From contig OX597823.1 in the NCBI GenBank assembly GCA_951406725.2, positions 97,588,001 through 97,652,000 on the forward strand: a stretch of DNA of 64,000 nucleotides. The letters run 5' to 3'. The notes beneath the pieces were generated by a model, which saw only the letters and a program-made list of their open reading frames with translations, did not search any database and had not been told where the DNA came from. The DNA comes from Octopus vulgaris. Lineage: Eukaryota. Shown here in pieces: positions 11,262 through 24,015 of this stretch (positions within the stretch are counted from its first letter, which is position 1; every line of letters starts with the position of its first letter). Both the position numbers and the translations under genes were made by a program.

Positions 11262-14200
11262 TCATTGCCAACCTGTCCAATAATTACTTCCATACCATAA
11301 CCAAGGCTTATATTAGTTTTTTGACTGCTATTTCAATTCAGTCAAACATGCAGCAGACTAAGGTGCTATAACAACATATATAAGACAGTGAGTGCAAATA
11401 GAAAGGGGTATTGTTGGATATTAAAAAAAAAATTATAAGAGGTGAAATAATCCAATGGCAAAAAGGAAATCTGTTCATGACTGCATACAAAGACAAGAAA
11501 GGAAATTAATATTCTTTTCACTTGTACTTAAATACATGTGGAAGAAAAACGCACACCATTTGTAAAGCTCAATGACAATAGCTACATGGATGGTGTAGAT
11601 TAGATGGATCAAATGAGGTACTATTACACAATTGATGGACAGGATAATAAGATGTGATGGTATCTGGTTTGGGATTTAGTAAATATGAGTATTGTGAATA
11701 TTTTTGTTTCTTATCATATACCAAATTGCAATGTGTCTCAAAAAAAAAAAAGAAAAAGAAAACACTTGAAAAACAAAAACCTCTCAGAAAGATATCCCTT
11801 GATTTCGCCCTTCATTCTATGAAGGCCAACCAAATTCAGAGATTCCAGTGCTGAGAATACCAGCATCAAAAAAGGAAAGCTCTCAGTAGATAGGTATCCT
11901 GCAAGATTGCATTGTATAGAATGTAATGCATTGCAACATTCCATTAAAGAAATATTATTTTGCACCTATCTAATATAATTTTGTAAAAAAAATTTGTTTC
12001 TCAATTTACCTGGTTTTCAATATTTTTCATTTTATTTACTATAAAGTGAGTGATAACTTCTTAATTGTATTACTGAAGCTTTTCACCGTTATTGCATGCT
12101 GTATTTATACATCTAAATTTCATTTTAACTTTCTTCAAACATTTTTTCATACTATTTGTTTTAACTTTATGGCACACTTGTTTTATAGGCTATCATGTTC
12201 AAATGAAAACCTGGTAACATGCATGATTGTTCTATATAACAATTCCCTTACATATATCAAAGCTGAATATTGGCTAATAACAATTATATATGGTGATATT
12301 TAAACTAATTATTTAACTTCACATGTCACTAAATTCAACTATATTTATATGTACTTAGAAGTAATTTATGCTATGTTGTGAGACGAAAATTCTACCATAA
12401 ACACCACATTTATGTATCACTAGAAATAGCAACCCAAATGCATTTAAATCAGATCCCAATGCTGGATGCTCAAGAACCAAATGAAGGGCAGATTTTCAAT
12501 CCCAGGATCATCCTGATTCCAAAAAGGTATAATACGTTGATGCAGAGCAAATGTAGACTTGAGATACAGAGGGTCCCGGAAAGACAAAATTTCATGTTTA
12601 TTATTAGATGTAAACAGAAAAATACTATTTTTTTACAAAACCAAAATTCTCAATTCTTTTGAAATTTAATGAAACACACAAGTGTTTCATAGGTGATGTA
12701 TTTTAGTAACAGAAGAGTGAACCAATTTAATATACAAAAGAAATTTCATGTTCCCAGTCCCATTTTTATTGCTGTCATCTGTTTTACATTAGTTTGTTCA
12801 AGCTGGTACTGTTACATACATCGCAATCATATACTTCATTTATTGATGATGCAACAAATTGATATTTTATGTCAGGAAGGTCAAAATCTTGAGTACAACA
12901 AAAAAAGTACATCTCTAAAACTGCTGCCTGTATTTTTTTTTTCATGAAAATAGTTTACTGATAGTGACCTTGTCCTATGAATTTGAACCTTCAATACTTT
13001 GAATAGTCTATTGTTTGGGTTAGCTCATTTTTGTATAATTTTTGACTTCCTGTACAATAATAGTAAGAAATGCTCAATCCAAAACATTGATGGGTCAAAT
13101 TCATGTGACAAGACCACTACCAGTAAACTATTTTCATTCAAAAGCAAGCAGCAGTTTTAGCAGCATACTTTTTTGTTATGCTTGGGATTCTGACATTCTT
13201 CACAATATTTACAATTGGATATCCTTCCTATTAAACAACCATTATGATCAAGTTAGATCTTTTTAAAATCATGACAAGGTTTCTTTCCAAATTACACCTC
13301 ACAAACCCTGCTATTAATTTACATGCCTGATATTCAAATATTGAGTACATCATGTATGTGAGTATAATTAGTATATGTATGCAGAATGGTACAGCAGTAG
13401 AATAAATATCTTACAATATTTAGTTTTGCCCATCTAGACTCTGAATTCAAATACCACTGGAGTCAACATCACTTTTCATTCTTCTAATCATGTTAAACTA
13501 CAGTCTTCCCCCCATAAGCAATTGTGATTTTGTGCCAATATAAGAAATCAGTATTACTTCCTGGGCCAAGACAATAGAGAACTGTATTGGATGTTTACAA
13601 TACCCAGAGTTCTTGATTGCAATCCAGCATGGTCAACTGTCTGGGGTTAATAAAAAACATGCAACAGTAACAGTCTTTTGGGGAGTCAAGAATTCATGAT
13701 TCCAATCAATATAATAATACATATTGGCAGTGTATTATGTAATGTGTTGGGTAGCCAGGCAGCCCCTCTGCAGCAAGACACCTGTTCTGCACTGCTCTCA
13801 TACTTTATCTATTCGCCTGCTAGCATGAAGCAACTTATCTTGGGGTTCATAATTATGCAAGCTGCATGGATAACTCACTAGTGTTGGTGCCTCAAAAAAG
13901 CACCCAGTACTCACTGATTGGCATTAGGAAAGCATCCAATTGTAGGAACCATGCCAAAGTAGATAGTGAAACAAGATGCAGTTTTTAGATCCATTAGATC
14001 CTGTCAAACCGTCCAACCTATTCCATGGTTGTTAAATGATGTTGATTATGTAAAATAGTTCTTTCAATAAAGTAACAGGTGCCTGTAGCAAGCATTTACA
14101 TCATGAATGAACTTCAACAAATATCTTTCAAATTCTGCACAAGGTGTATGCATCTAACATCTAGTTTGTATATCGCATCTCACGCATATTGTACACACAT

Positions 14201-14498
14201 CCTGCTTCTGTTATAAAATGCAGAGGTATCCAGCATCTAGTATGCAATGCAAAGACACCGTGCAAAAAAAAAATCAAAAACAAAGGCAATTTAAAACCTT
14301 ATTTTCTTATAATAAATGGTGAGAGAAAGCTTTACATTTTTTTAAAACCTAACTTCAGAGAAATTAACATAGAAACAAGGATTGGCAATAAGTAAGAAAA
14401 GGTATAATGAAGGAAATAGCTGAGGTACATGGGAGAGGCAGAACGACAATCAAAGCAAAACTGTGTGGTTTTTTTTAGTTGTTATTTTTTTTACTCAC

Positions 14499-14528
14499 AG
14501 CTGTAGACATTCCGTTGCTATCAACATA
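14499..14528 (-). CDS. RAB18: Candidate 30-nt alternative microexon of Rab18 (YVDSNGMSTA)
   Basis: Branch-like ACTAAT, pyrimidine tract ccctgtctttttacag, 30 stop-free nt, donor GCT/gtgagt. Phase 0-0, matching the intron between exons 5 and 6. No transcript evidence available. Confidence 0.65.
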
Positions 14529-15467
14529 CTGTAAAAAGACAGGGTATTAGTTGACAAAAGGGTAATAACAAATCATGCAAACAGCAGCCACTAAAACAAA
14601 ACACTTGTTATCAGTAGTAATCAAGAACTGTTGTTGTTAGTGATGAGTTACAATTTTGGGTTACCAATCTTTTAATGACAGAATTCAGAAGTTATATCAG
14701 TATTAAAAATTAAATACATTATATTACTAATGTCACAATATTGCACAATTAATGTTACAATATCATGTTACAGAAGTACAAAATGATATTACTGATAATA
14801 CAATATCGCATTTCTTCTTTGGGTATGAAACCCAGTCTTTCACAAAATCAGTAAAATGGTAGCAACTTTCAGTCATTAATGATAAGAATAATGATGACAA
14901 TATCAGTTTCGCTTTCCATAACTACCGTTTCAAGTTCAATCTCAATGGACTGTGTTCTTGGGCTAGTGTCTTCTACCATTACTTCAGATTAACGAAAGCC
15001 CCATGAATTAAATTTGGTGGACAGAAGATTGTGTGGAAGCCTGCTGGGAAAAGTGGGGGGGAGTAATTTGCTCTTTATCTAGCCCTTGAATGTCTTTATT
15101 TGAGTTCACTCTGTTGCAAACATTCACATCATATCTGTGGTCCTCACACCAGTCTTAAGAGCTCTGGAAAAAACTACCATTCCTCCTCTATCTGCTGATA
15201 AATGCAATTTTTGCTTATTTAGAAGAAGCTGAGTAGATTCATTCATTTTTATGTCTGTTTCTCCACATTAGCATAGGTTGAATGAATATATTATTCTGGC
15301 ATTGTTTTACAGCCAGTTGCCCTTCCTGTCACCAACCCATACCTGTTTTACAAGTTAGGGATGTCTTATCTCGTATGTCTTTGAAGATGCAAAGTCAGTA
15401 AATCACCTGTTGAGAGGGAAAAAGACAGCAACATCACTGCATGTATATGTTGGGCTTCTTTCAGTTA

Positions 15468-15866
15468 CTCTCTTACTCTTTCTCTTTTACTTGTTTCAGT
15501 CATTTGACTGTGGCCATGCTGGAGCACCACCTTTAGTCGAGAAAATTGACCCCAGCCTAGTGCTTATTCTATCGGTCTCTTTTGCCGAACCGCTAAGTTA
15601 CAGGGACGTAAACACACCAACATTGGTTGTCAAGCAATGTTGGGGGGGACAAACACAGACATACAAACGTATACACACACATGCATACATATATATACAT
15701 ATATACGACTGACTTCTTTCAGTTTCCGTCTACCAAATCCACTCACAAGGCTTTGGTTGACTCGAGGCTATAGTAGAAGACACTTGCCCAAGGTGCCACG
15801 CAGTGGGACTGAACCCAGAACCATGTGGTTGGTAAGCAAGCTACTTACCACACAGCCACTCCTGCA
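15468..15866 (-). mobile_element. tRNA-derived SINE family A, full-length
   Basis: Head ggtgcaggagtggctgtgtgg (A box) and gggttcagtccc (B-box-like), core ggcaccttgggcaagtgtc, (TG/TA)n linker, tail gactgaaacaagtaaaagag. Confidence 0.88.
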
Positions 15867-16565
15867 CCTAAATCAGCCATGCCTGTCAACTAAATCCTCT
15901 CATAATATTTTGATTGGCTCAGGACTATAACAGAAAACCTTTTCCTGTGCCATTCAATAAAACTAAACATAATACATGAGGTTCAGAAACAAACGTCTTA
16001 AACATGCAGCCATCCTGAGCCTTAATATACTGAACAAACAAAAAAAAAAATACTAAATGAAACAAGCATTAAAACTGCACATCAAAATTGTCCCAACATA
16101 ACCACACCCAACTCCAACACAGTAATACCATCTAAAACACCACCACTCCTTGCAACCCCAATACAAGTGAGCCAACAATAGTCTTTATTTGGTTACTCAT
16201 GGTGCTAGAAATAGCAGCCAAATCTCATTCAAATCACAGCCTACCATCTTGTATAATGTATGCTTGAGAAAAGAAAAAAAAGATGCATTGATAACCTGTT
16301 GACAAAGAAAAAGACAGTAACGTCACAACATGCAAATACGTGGGCTTCTTATAGTCTCGGTCTACCAAATCCACTCACAAGGCTTTAATTGGCCCAGAAC
16401 AATAGTAGAAAATTCTTGCCCATGCCTTCTAATAAGACCGAACATGATCCGCAAAGTACAGAAGCAAATACTTTCAATCATAGGACTTCTTCATCAAGTT
16501 TGACTTGGGGTTAAACCACAACACCCAACCCCATTGCACCCACCATTGTCCCTATTAGAACTTAC

Positions 16566-16684
16566 CTTATCAATCTTGTTGCCTACGAGCATCTTGACCA
16601 GGTCGTGTTTAGTGGCAAAGGTTTCCAATTCATTCAGCCAGGCATCAAGTTTGCTGAATGACTGTTTACTGCACACATCATAAA
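16566..16684 (-). CDS. RAB18: Rab18 exon 5 ((V)YDVCSKQSFSKLDAWLNELETFATKHDLVKMLVGNKIDK)
   Basis: Acceptor tttgtttcag, donor AAG/gtaagt. 119 nt, G4 box NKID. Confidence 0.97.
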
Positions 16685-16765
16685 CTGAAACAAAAATATG
16701 GAGAAACTGTAGAGTTCAATAAGTTAGCAATAGACAGAACCAGCCCACATTTGTGGTTAATAATA

Positions 16766-16977
16766 ATCCTTTCTACTAAAGGCACAAGGCCTGAAATTTT
16801 GCAGGTTGGGGACTAGTTGATTACACCGACTCCACTGTTTCACTGGTACTTAATTTATCGACCCTGAAAGGATAAAAGGCAAAGTCAACCTTGGCGGAAT
16901 TTGAACCCAGAACATGAAGACAGACAAAATACTGCTAAGCATTTTGCCCGGTGTACTAATCATTCTGCCAGCTCGCT
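16766..16977 (-). mobile_element. SINE family B
   Basis: Family B core, bounded by (TAA)/(ATT) repeats. Confidence 0.8.
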
Positions 16978-16999
16978 ATCTATTATTATTATTATTATT

Positions 17000-17527
17000 G
17001 AGTGAGAGAGCAGTGCATGCCATCAAAGTGACACTGGGGTAAAATATACGAAGCCCAATATACCCATCATGACTACCCGTCTGATAAAGGTACACCAGGC
17101 ACATGCATCACAACCATATGTGCGCGACATGGTGATCTCATATCAAGATAAACAGCACATGACCTTGCAGGTGGGGCCCAGTTAGAATTTTCTTCAGGTT
17201 GAGTAGCCCATCCCGCTCAAAAGGTCCCTGAATAAGGGTTGTTTAAGGATGTTGAAAGAACCACCCATGTTTCCAGAGGTGAATTATTCAAACCCCAAAG
17301 AATCCCTCTCAACACATGGCTATGATGCTCCCCCACTACTTCTGCTCGTGATCAGAGATGCACATATCGTCAGCCACTAAGGGACATGCTCAACTGGTTA
17401 AAGTCAAACAACTGACAAGCAAATCTGTGGTATTGAGCAGAATATTTGCTGTAGCCCATCTTTTATACCAAGACAAAACAATATACATGATAACACTTCC
17501 AATCAGTTAAGATCAGAAGCCATGAGA
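17000..17527 (-). mobile_element. Interspersed repeat inserted in (ATT)n, possibly the 3' part of a TAA-targeting LINE
   Basis: About 530 bp, more GC-rich than its surroundings, flanked on both sides by (ATT)n. No ORF recognised; strand is inferred. Confidence 0.45.
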
Positions 17528-17532
17528 TTATT

Positions 17533-17562
<30 letters not shown>

Positions 17563-17567
<5 letters not shown>

Positions 17568-17776
17568 AATGGTTTCAAATTTTGCCACAAGGGCAGCCAT
17601 TTTTGAGAGAAGGGATAAGATGATTACAACTACACCAGTGTTTTACTGGTACTTAATTTATCAATCCTGAAAAGATAAAAGACAAAGTCAACCTTGGCAG
17701 AAGTTGAATGTGAAAACAAACAAAATATTGCTAAGCATTTCACCTGGTATGCTAATGATTCTGCCAACTCACTGTC

Positions 17777-17840
<64 letters not shown>

Positions 17841-17924
17841 GTTTCAAATTTTGCCACAAGGGCAGCCATTTTTGGGAGAGAGGATATCCTGGTGTGCTAA
17901 CAATTCTGCCAGCTTGCTGCCTAT

Positions 17925-17968
<44 letters not shown>

Positions 17969-18216
17969 TAAAAAGCACCAACCAATCATGAACGTTGCCA
18001 GCCTCCTCTGGCCCCTGTGCCAGTGGCACATAAAAAGCACACACTACACTCACAGAGTGGTTGATGTTAGGAAGGGCATCCAGCTGTAGAAACACTGCCA
18101 GATCAGATTGGAGCCTGGTGCAGCCTCCTGGCTTCCCAGACCCCGGTCGAACTGTCCAACCCATACTAGCATGGAAAAATGGACGTTAAATGATGAATAA
18201 TAATAATAATAATAAT
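17563..18216. mobile_element. Cluster of SINE B, a deleted SINE B and SINE C separated by (TAA)n
   Basis: Duplicated tail aatggtttcaaattttgccacaagggcagccatttttg at about 17568 and 17836. Long (AAT)n tracts between elements. Confidence 0.8.
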
Positions 18217-18336
18217 GGTGTGGCAATAGTAAATAAACCACAAGATATAACTGTCAAACCAAGACAGAATACTTTATGTAGTCATTCACACTAAAAGAAA
18301 TAGCAACCAAATCTCCTCCTTAGTACACTGCTATTT

Positions 18337-18560
18337 TAAACCTATGGCATTCCGATTACTCTCTCAAATGTAAGGTTTATTTATTCACATTTAAAAAAAA
18401 AATTTATCATGTATTATCTCAAAGCTTCGAGATTTTGATGACGTAATTATTTATTGCATGATATTGTTGGGCAGGTGTGAGGGGCTAGATCTGGCCAGTT
18501 TAAACATAAACAGGTGAAATATTTTGGTCAGATATGGTCAGTTTAAATGCTAAAGAGTTA
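18337..18560. mobile_element. piggyBac-like MITE relic
   Basis: Ends ttaa-acctatggcatt ... aatgctaaagag-ttaa. Confidence 0.5.
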
Positions 18561-19009
18561 AAAAAAAGAATGGTGTATTGGGTATGTACAAGGACAAAAG
18601 ATAGGATAACCATTCCTAGAATCCTGTTGATCATAGGTCTGCTTCATCAGGGTTGGATTGGAATAGGTATAGTATATGAAAATATTGCCATATTCTATTA
18701 CAGATTATAATATATTACAAATATCTTATGACAATCAGTTATTAAATGAGATCAAAATAAAATGGTAGCTAGTCCTATAACTAACTTTATTGGATCATTT
18801 GGACAACACAGAGGATCCAGTCTATATCTAGTGATTCAGTGGAATGATTGTTTTTTTCACTGTTTCTCCATGCTAACAAAGTTTTGTAATCAACACAGCA
18901 GGCTAATGAAATACTGAGTTGTATAGCATTGCAACTACTTTCATGAGGGAACTATACCACACTGTTGTATCTACTTAAAGCTAAGTTAACACCACCCCTA
19001 TCATGCACC

Positions 19010-19335
19010 ATCAACAGGTTGTCTAGTACCCTGTCAACCACTATCCATTGGTCGTCTGGTACCTTAATCACTGACCACTAATTGTGCAGTACCCTATCAA
19101 CACTGGCCAAGGATTGTGTAGTTAGTACCTTATCAAAAAATTGTGTATTACCCTATCAAAATCTGACCACTGGTTGTTTAGTATCTATACACTACTGTCT
19201 GATACTCTATAAGGCCCAGACCACTGGCTGTCTGGTACTTTAACTACTGACTGGTGCCTGTCTGGTACTTGAATAACCACTCATAGTCTAGCACTCAATT
19301 AACAACTGAATGCTGGTTGTCAGTCACCTTATAAC
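19010..19335. repeat. Degenerate ~30-bp minisatellite
   Basis: Recurring accactggttgtctagtaccctatcaac-like units. Confidence 0.65.
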
Positions 19336-20090
19336 AAAAAAAGGTGAAGATGAAAAGATACACAATAATTCAGTCTTCATTTGTGGTGACAGAATTAAGG
19401 ATTGCCATTCTTGAATAGGTATACACAATCATTGAATACAATGTGCCCATATAATGAGGCACAGAAAGAAGGAAAAGAAAAAAAAAGAAAAGAAATTTCC
19501 ACTGTTTCCATAGTTTCCTAAAATGGACAAAGGCCAACAATGACATTTGTTTCCATAACCAGGACCCTAATTCTCAATACTCAGAGCCTTAGTAGATTTA
19601 ATCTCTGTAGATAGCTGATTGGTAAAACTGATAAGTCATTTTTAGCATGTATTGCTGAGTTCAATTCCTAACAAGGAGATATATGCCTTTGTTACTCTGC
19701 CATATCCAGGGAAAGATATGTAACATCTGTTAACACCACAACAGCTAGAGATAAAAACATACCTTGCAGAGTGCAGATTAGTGGGGAAACAAACTGTATG
19801 GAGTAGATTTAGTTGACTTTTATTTACCCTTGAGAATATCAGAATTGTATCTAGTTAAAAGAATACAGTGAGTCTTGAATACTAGGAGAGGATTGACACC
19901 TTTTATACAAACTGGTATTTATTTTATCAACCTATGAAGGATAAAAAAGCAAAGTTGAGATCACCAGAAGTTGAATACAGAATGTAAAAGGTCATAATAA
20001 AATATCACTAGGTATTTTGTCAGAGACTCTACCAATTATAATATTGGCCAATGTAATAATGCCAAAGTTAAGAAAAGAATCTCTGTTCTG

Positions 20091-20556
20091 ACCCCCTTCG
20101 GTCATGAATGACCATGGGATTGCACCTAGAAAGTTACCCTCCAAGGTACAAGTCTGGGCAAGGTTGTTTATGGAAGACCAGCAGTTGCCCATGCATACAG
20201 GTCTCCCCTCTCCACACCACCGATGTTATCCAAGGGAAAGTCAAAGGCCGATACAGCTTGGCACCAGTGACGTCGCAGCTCATTTATTAACGTGCAAGTG
20301 GCTGAGCACTCCACAGACACGTGTACCATTAAGGTTGGCCCTTTGAAATACAGGTACAACAGAAACAGGGAGAAAGATTGAGAGAAAGTTGTGGTGAAAG
20401 AGTACAGCAGGGTTCACCACCACACCCTGCCGGAGCATCGTGGAGCTTTAGGTGTTTTCGCTCAATAAACACTCACAATGCCCGGTCTGGGAATCGAAAC
20501 CGCAATCCTACGACCGCAAGTCCGCTGCCTTAACCATTGGGCCATTGCGCCTCCAC
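20091..20556 (-). mobile_element. tRNA-derived SINE family D, full-length
   Basis: Minus-strand head gtggaggcgcaatggcccaatggttaaggc...ggtttcgattccc with A and B boxes. Confidence 0.85.
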
Positions 20557-20611
20557 TAAGAAAAGAATAAATATCAATAAATTAAAAGGAGAAAGTGTGC
20601 AAATATCTTAC

Positions 20612-20684
20612 CAAGAATAACACCTTGTGCACCTCTGTAATAGCTTGGAGTTAAAGTGCGAAATCTTTCTTGACCAGCAGTGTC
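20612..20684 (-). CDS. RAB18: Rab18 exon 4 ([24 protein letters not shown])
   Basis: Acceptor atttacag, donor TTG/gtaaga. 73 nt, G3 DTAGQE and the Rab18-type [13 protein letters not shown]. Confidence 0.97.
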
Positions 20685-21154
20685 CTGTAAATATCACCAG
20701 GCAAAGAATGTATACAATGGTTCAATAAGGAATAACTGGGAAACATCAGACAGGTATAAATAAATTCATGTAGTACAGAAGCTTGAGCCACCAACCACAA
20801 ATACTATACTGATTATGCCTACAATACATTTGATCACACGTATAAACTGCAGTGATAAATCTAATCAATCACAGACACTTTAACACACCAGCTTACCACC
20901 TTATATAAACTATGTAACTATGATCATAAAAAATTCATCAATTTTGCACTGCACCCTCTACCTGCAGCTAGGTGAGTTGGGTCATTAAGAGTTGAACATA
21001 ATAGCCATTGATACAGTATAGGACTAGTAAGAGGACACAAACCACTGACCCCCCACCCACTGCCCTAGCCTCTTGGCTGCTATCCAATCCCTTAACAACT
21101 CATCATCCACAGCTATCTTACTACAACTATACCGGCCTTAGCTCCCCTCAATTT

Positions 21155-23557
21155 CTGGCCCTCACTCTCTATACTTCTGGCCTTCACTCTCTATACTTCT
21201 GGCCTTCGCTCTCTCCCATACCTCTGGCCTTCACTCTCTACTCTGGCCTTCCTCCTATACTCTGGCCTTCATACCTCTGGCCTTCTTCACTCTCCTTCAC
21301 TCTCTTACCTCTGGCCTTCACTCTCTACTCTCTATACTTGGCCTTCACTCTCTATACCTCTGGCCTTCACTCTCTATACCTCTGGCCTTCACTCTCTATA
21401 CTCGGCCTTCACTCTCTATACTCGGCCTTCACTCTCTATACTTCTTCACTCTCTACTTCTACTATACTCTGGCCTTCACTCTCTATACCTCTGGCCTTCA
21501 CTCTCTATACCTCTGGCCTTCACTCTTACTACTACTCTGGCCTTCACTCTCTACTTGGCCTTCACTCTCTATACCTCTGGCCTTCACTCCTCTGGCCTTC
21601 ACTACTTCTGGCCTTCACTCTCTATACCTCTGGCCTTCCTACTCTCTCTGGCCTTCACTCTCTATACTCTGGCCTTCACTCTCTATACTTCTCTTCACTC
21701 TTACTCGGCCTTCACTCTCTATACCTCCCTCACCTCTATACTCTGGCCTTCACTCTCATACTTCTGGCCTTCACTCTACTATCACTCTCTATCCCTGGCC
21801 TTCACTCTCTATACCTCTGGCCTTCACTCTCTATACTTCTGGCCTTCACTCTCTATACTCTGGCCTTCACTCTCTAAACTTCTGGCCTTCACTCTCTATA
21901 CTTCTGGACTCTCACTCTATACTTCTGGCCTTCACTCTCTATACCTCTGGCCTTCACTCTCTATACCTCTGGCCTTCACTCTCTATACTTCTGGCCTTCA
22001 CTCTCTATACCTCTGGCCTTCACTCTCTATACTTCTGGCCTTCACTCTCTATACCTCTGGCCTTCACTCTCTATACTTCTGGCCTTCACTCTCTATAACT
22101 CTGGCCTTCACTCTCTATACCTCTGGCCTTCACTCTCTATACTTCTGGCCTTCACTCTCTATACCTCTGGCCTTCACTCTCTATACCTCTGGCCTTCACT
22201 CTCTATACCTCTGGCCTTCACTCTCTATACCTCTGGCCTTCACTCTCTATACTTCTGGCCTTCACTCTCTATACCTCTGGCCTTCACTCTCTATACTTCT
22301 GGCCTTCACTCTCTATACCTCTGGCCTTCACTCTCTATACCTCTGGCCTTCACTCTCTATACCTCTGGCCTTCACTCTCTATACCTCTGGCCTTCACTCT
22401 CTATACTTCTGGCCTTCGCTCTCTATACTTCTGGCCTTCGCTCTCTATACCTCTGGCCTTCACTCTCTATACTTCCGGCCTTCACTCTCTATACTTCCGG
22501 CCTTCACTCTCTATACTTCCGGCCTTCACTCTCTATACTTCCGGCCTTCGCTCTATATACCTCTGGCCTTCACTCTCTATACTTCTGGCCTTCACTCTCT
22601 ATACTTCTGGCCTTCACTCTCTATACCTCTGGCCTTCACTCTCTATACTTCTGGCCTTCACTCTCTATACTTCTGGCCTTCACTCTCTATACTTCTGGCC
22701 TTCACTCTATACCTCTGGCCTTCACTCTCTATACCTCTGGCCTTCACTCTCTATACCTCTGGCCTTCACTCTCTATACCTCTGGCCTTCACTCTCTATAC
22801 CTCTGGCCTTCACTCTCTATACTTCTGGCCTTCACTCTCTATACTTCTGGCCTTCACTCTCTATACCTCTGGCCTTCACTCTCTATACCTCTGGCCTTCA
22901 CTCTCTCTGGCCTTCACTCTCTATACTTCTGGCCTTCACTCTCTATACTTCTGGACTTCACTCTCTATACTTCTGGCCTTCACTCTCTATACCTCTGGCC
23001 TTCACTCTCTATACCTCTGGCCTTCACTCTCTATACTTCTGGCCTTCACTCTCTATACCTCTGGCCTTCACTCTCTATACTTCTGGCCTTCACTCTCTAT
23101 ACCTCTGGCCTTCACTCTCTATACTTCTGGCCTTCACTCTCTATACTTCTGGCCTTCACTCTCTATACCTCTGGCCTTCACTCTCTATACTTCTGGCCTT
23201 CACTCTCTATACTTCTGGCCTTCACTCTCTATACTTCTGGCCTTCACTCTCTATACTTCTGGCCTTCACTCTCTATACCTCTGGCCTTCACTCTCTATAC
23301 CTCTGGCCTTCACTCTCTATACTTCTGGCCTTCACTCTATACTTCTGGCCTTCACTCTCTATACTTCTGGCCTTCACTCTCTATACCTCTGGCCTTCACT
23401 CTCTATACTTCTGGCCTTCACTCTCTATACTTCTGGCCTTCACTCTCTATACTTCTGGCCTTCACTCTCTATACCTCTGGGCTTCACTCTCTATACCTCT
23501 GGCCTTCACTCTCTATACCTCTGGGCTTCACTCTCTATACCTCTGGCCTTCACTCTC
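21155..23557. repeat. 22-bp minisatellite CTGGCCTTCACTCTCTATAC(C/T)T, about 110 copies
   Basis: Directly visible. Regular from about 21800, ragged from 21155 to 21800. Confidence 0.98.
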
Positions 23558-23953
23558 CTCAATCTGAAACTTCTATACTTCCCATTTAAACACACTCACT
23601 TCATTCACATCTTACATGTTATATGAAAATACTAAGTTCCACAGAATTGCATCTTTTTGGAACTTCCACACCATCCATGTCTTATCCAACACATTCAAAC
23701 CTACAACAATTCATATTAAATAATCTACACTGACCTCATTCAGTTTTCCCCCTTAGATCTCTTAGGGTAATCTAAGAAGGCATTAAGCCTTGCTCTTCAT
23801 ATTAACAAACAAGAATCATCTGATATAAATTTACCAGTTCTCATATTACAAAATTAACAATAGATATGCATGCTTGACAAACGTAAATAGGAGAAATAGC
23901 AAAATAGCAAACTGCACTACTAGAAGGAAAGCCAGCATTAGTTTCTTACTCAC

Positions 23954-24015
23954 CCAGATGGCAAGCTTTGCTTTATTTCCATCCACTGCCAAAGTCTTAA
24001 CTTTGAAGTCAACAC
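23954..24015 (-). CDS. RAB18: Rab18 exon 3 (GVDFKVKTLAVDGNKAKLAIW)
   Basis: Acceptor ttttgacag, donor TGG/gtgagt. 62 nt, RabF1 IGVDF and RabF2 KLAIW. Confidence 0.97.

Noticed and set aside
17630-18241. Poly-Ile/Leu/Tyr ORFs
   Set aside because: Translations of (TAA)n microsatellites and SINEs.
20480-20556. tRNA-like sequence on the minus strand
   Set aside because: It is the head of SINE family D, continuous with the repeat body, and does not form a complete cloverleaf.
21155-23557. CRISPR-like appearance of the repeat array
   Set aside because: Units are contiguous with no unique spacers, there are no cas genes, and the context is eukaryotic.
21008-23567. 289-aa and 670-aa ORFs
   Set aside because: They are translations of a stop-free 22-bp tandem repeat, antisense within a Rab18 intron.
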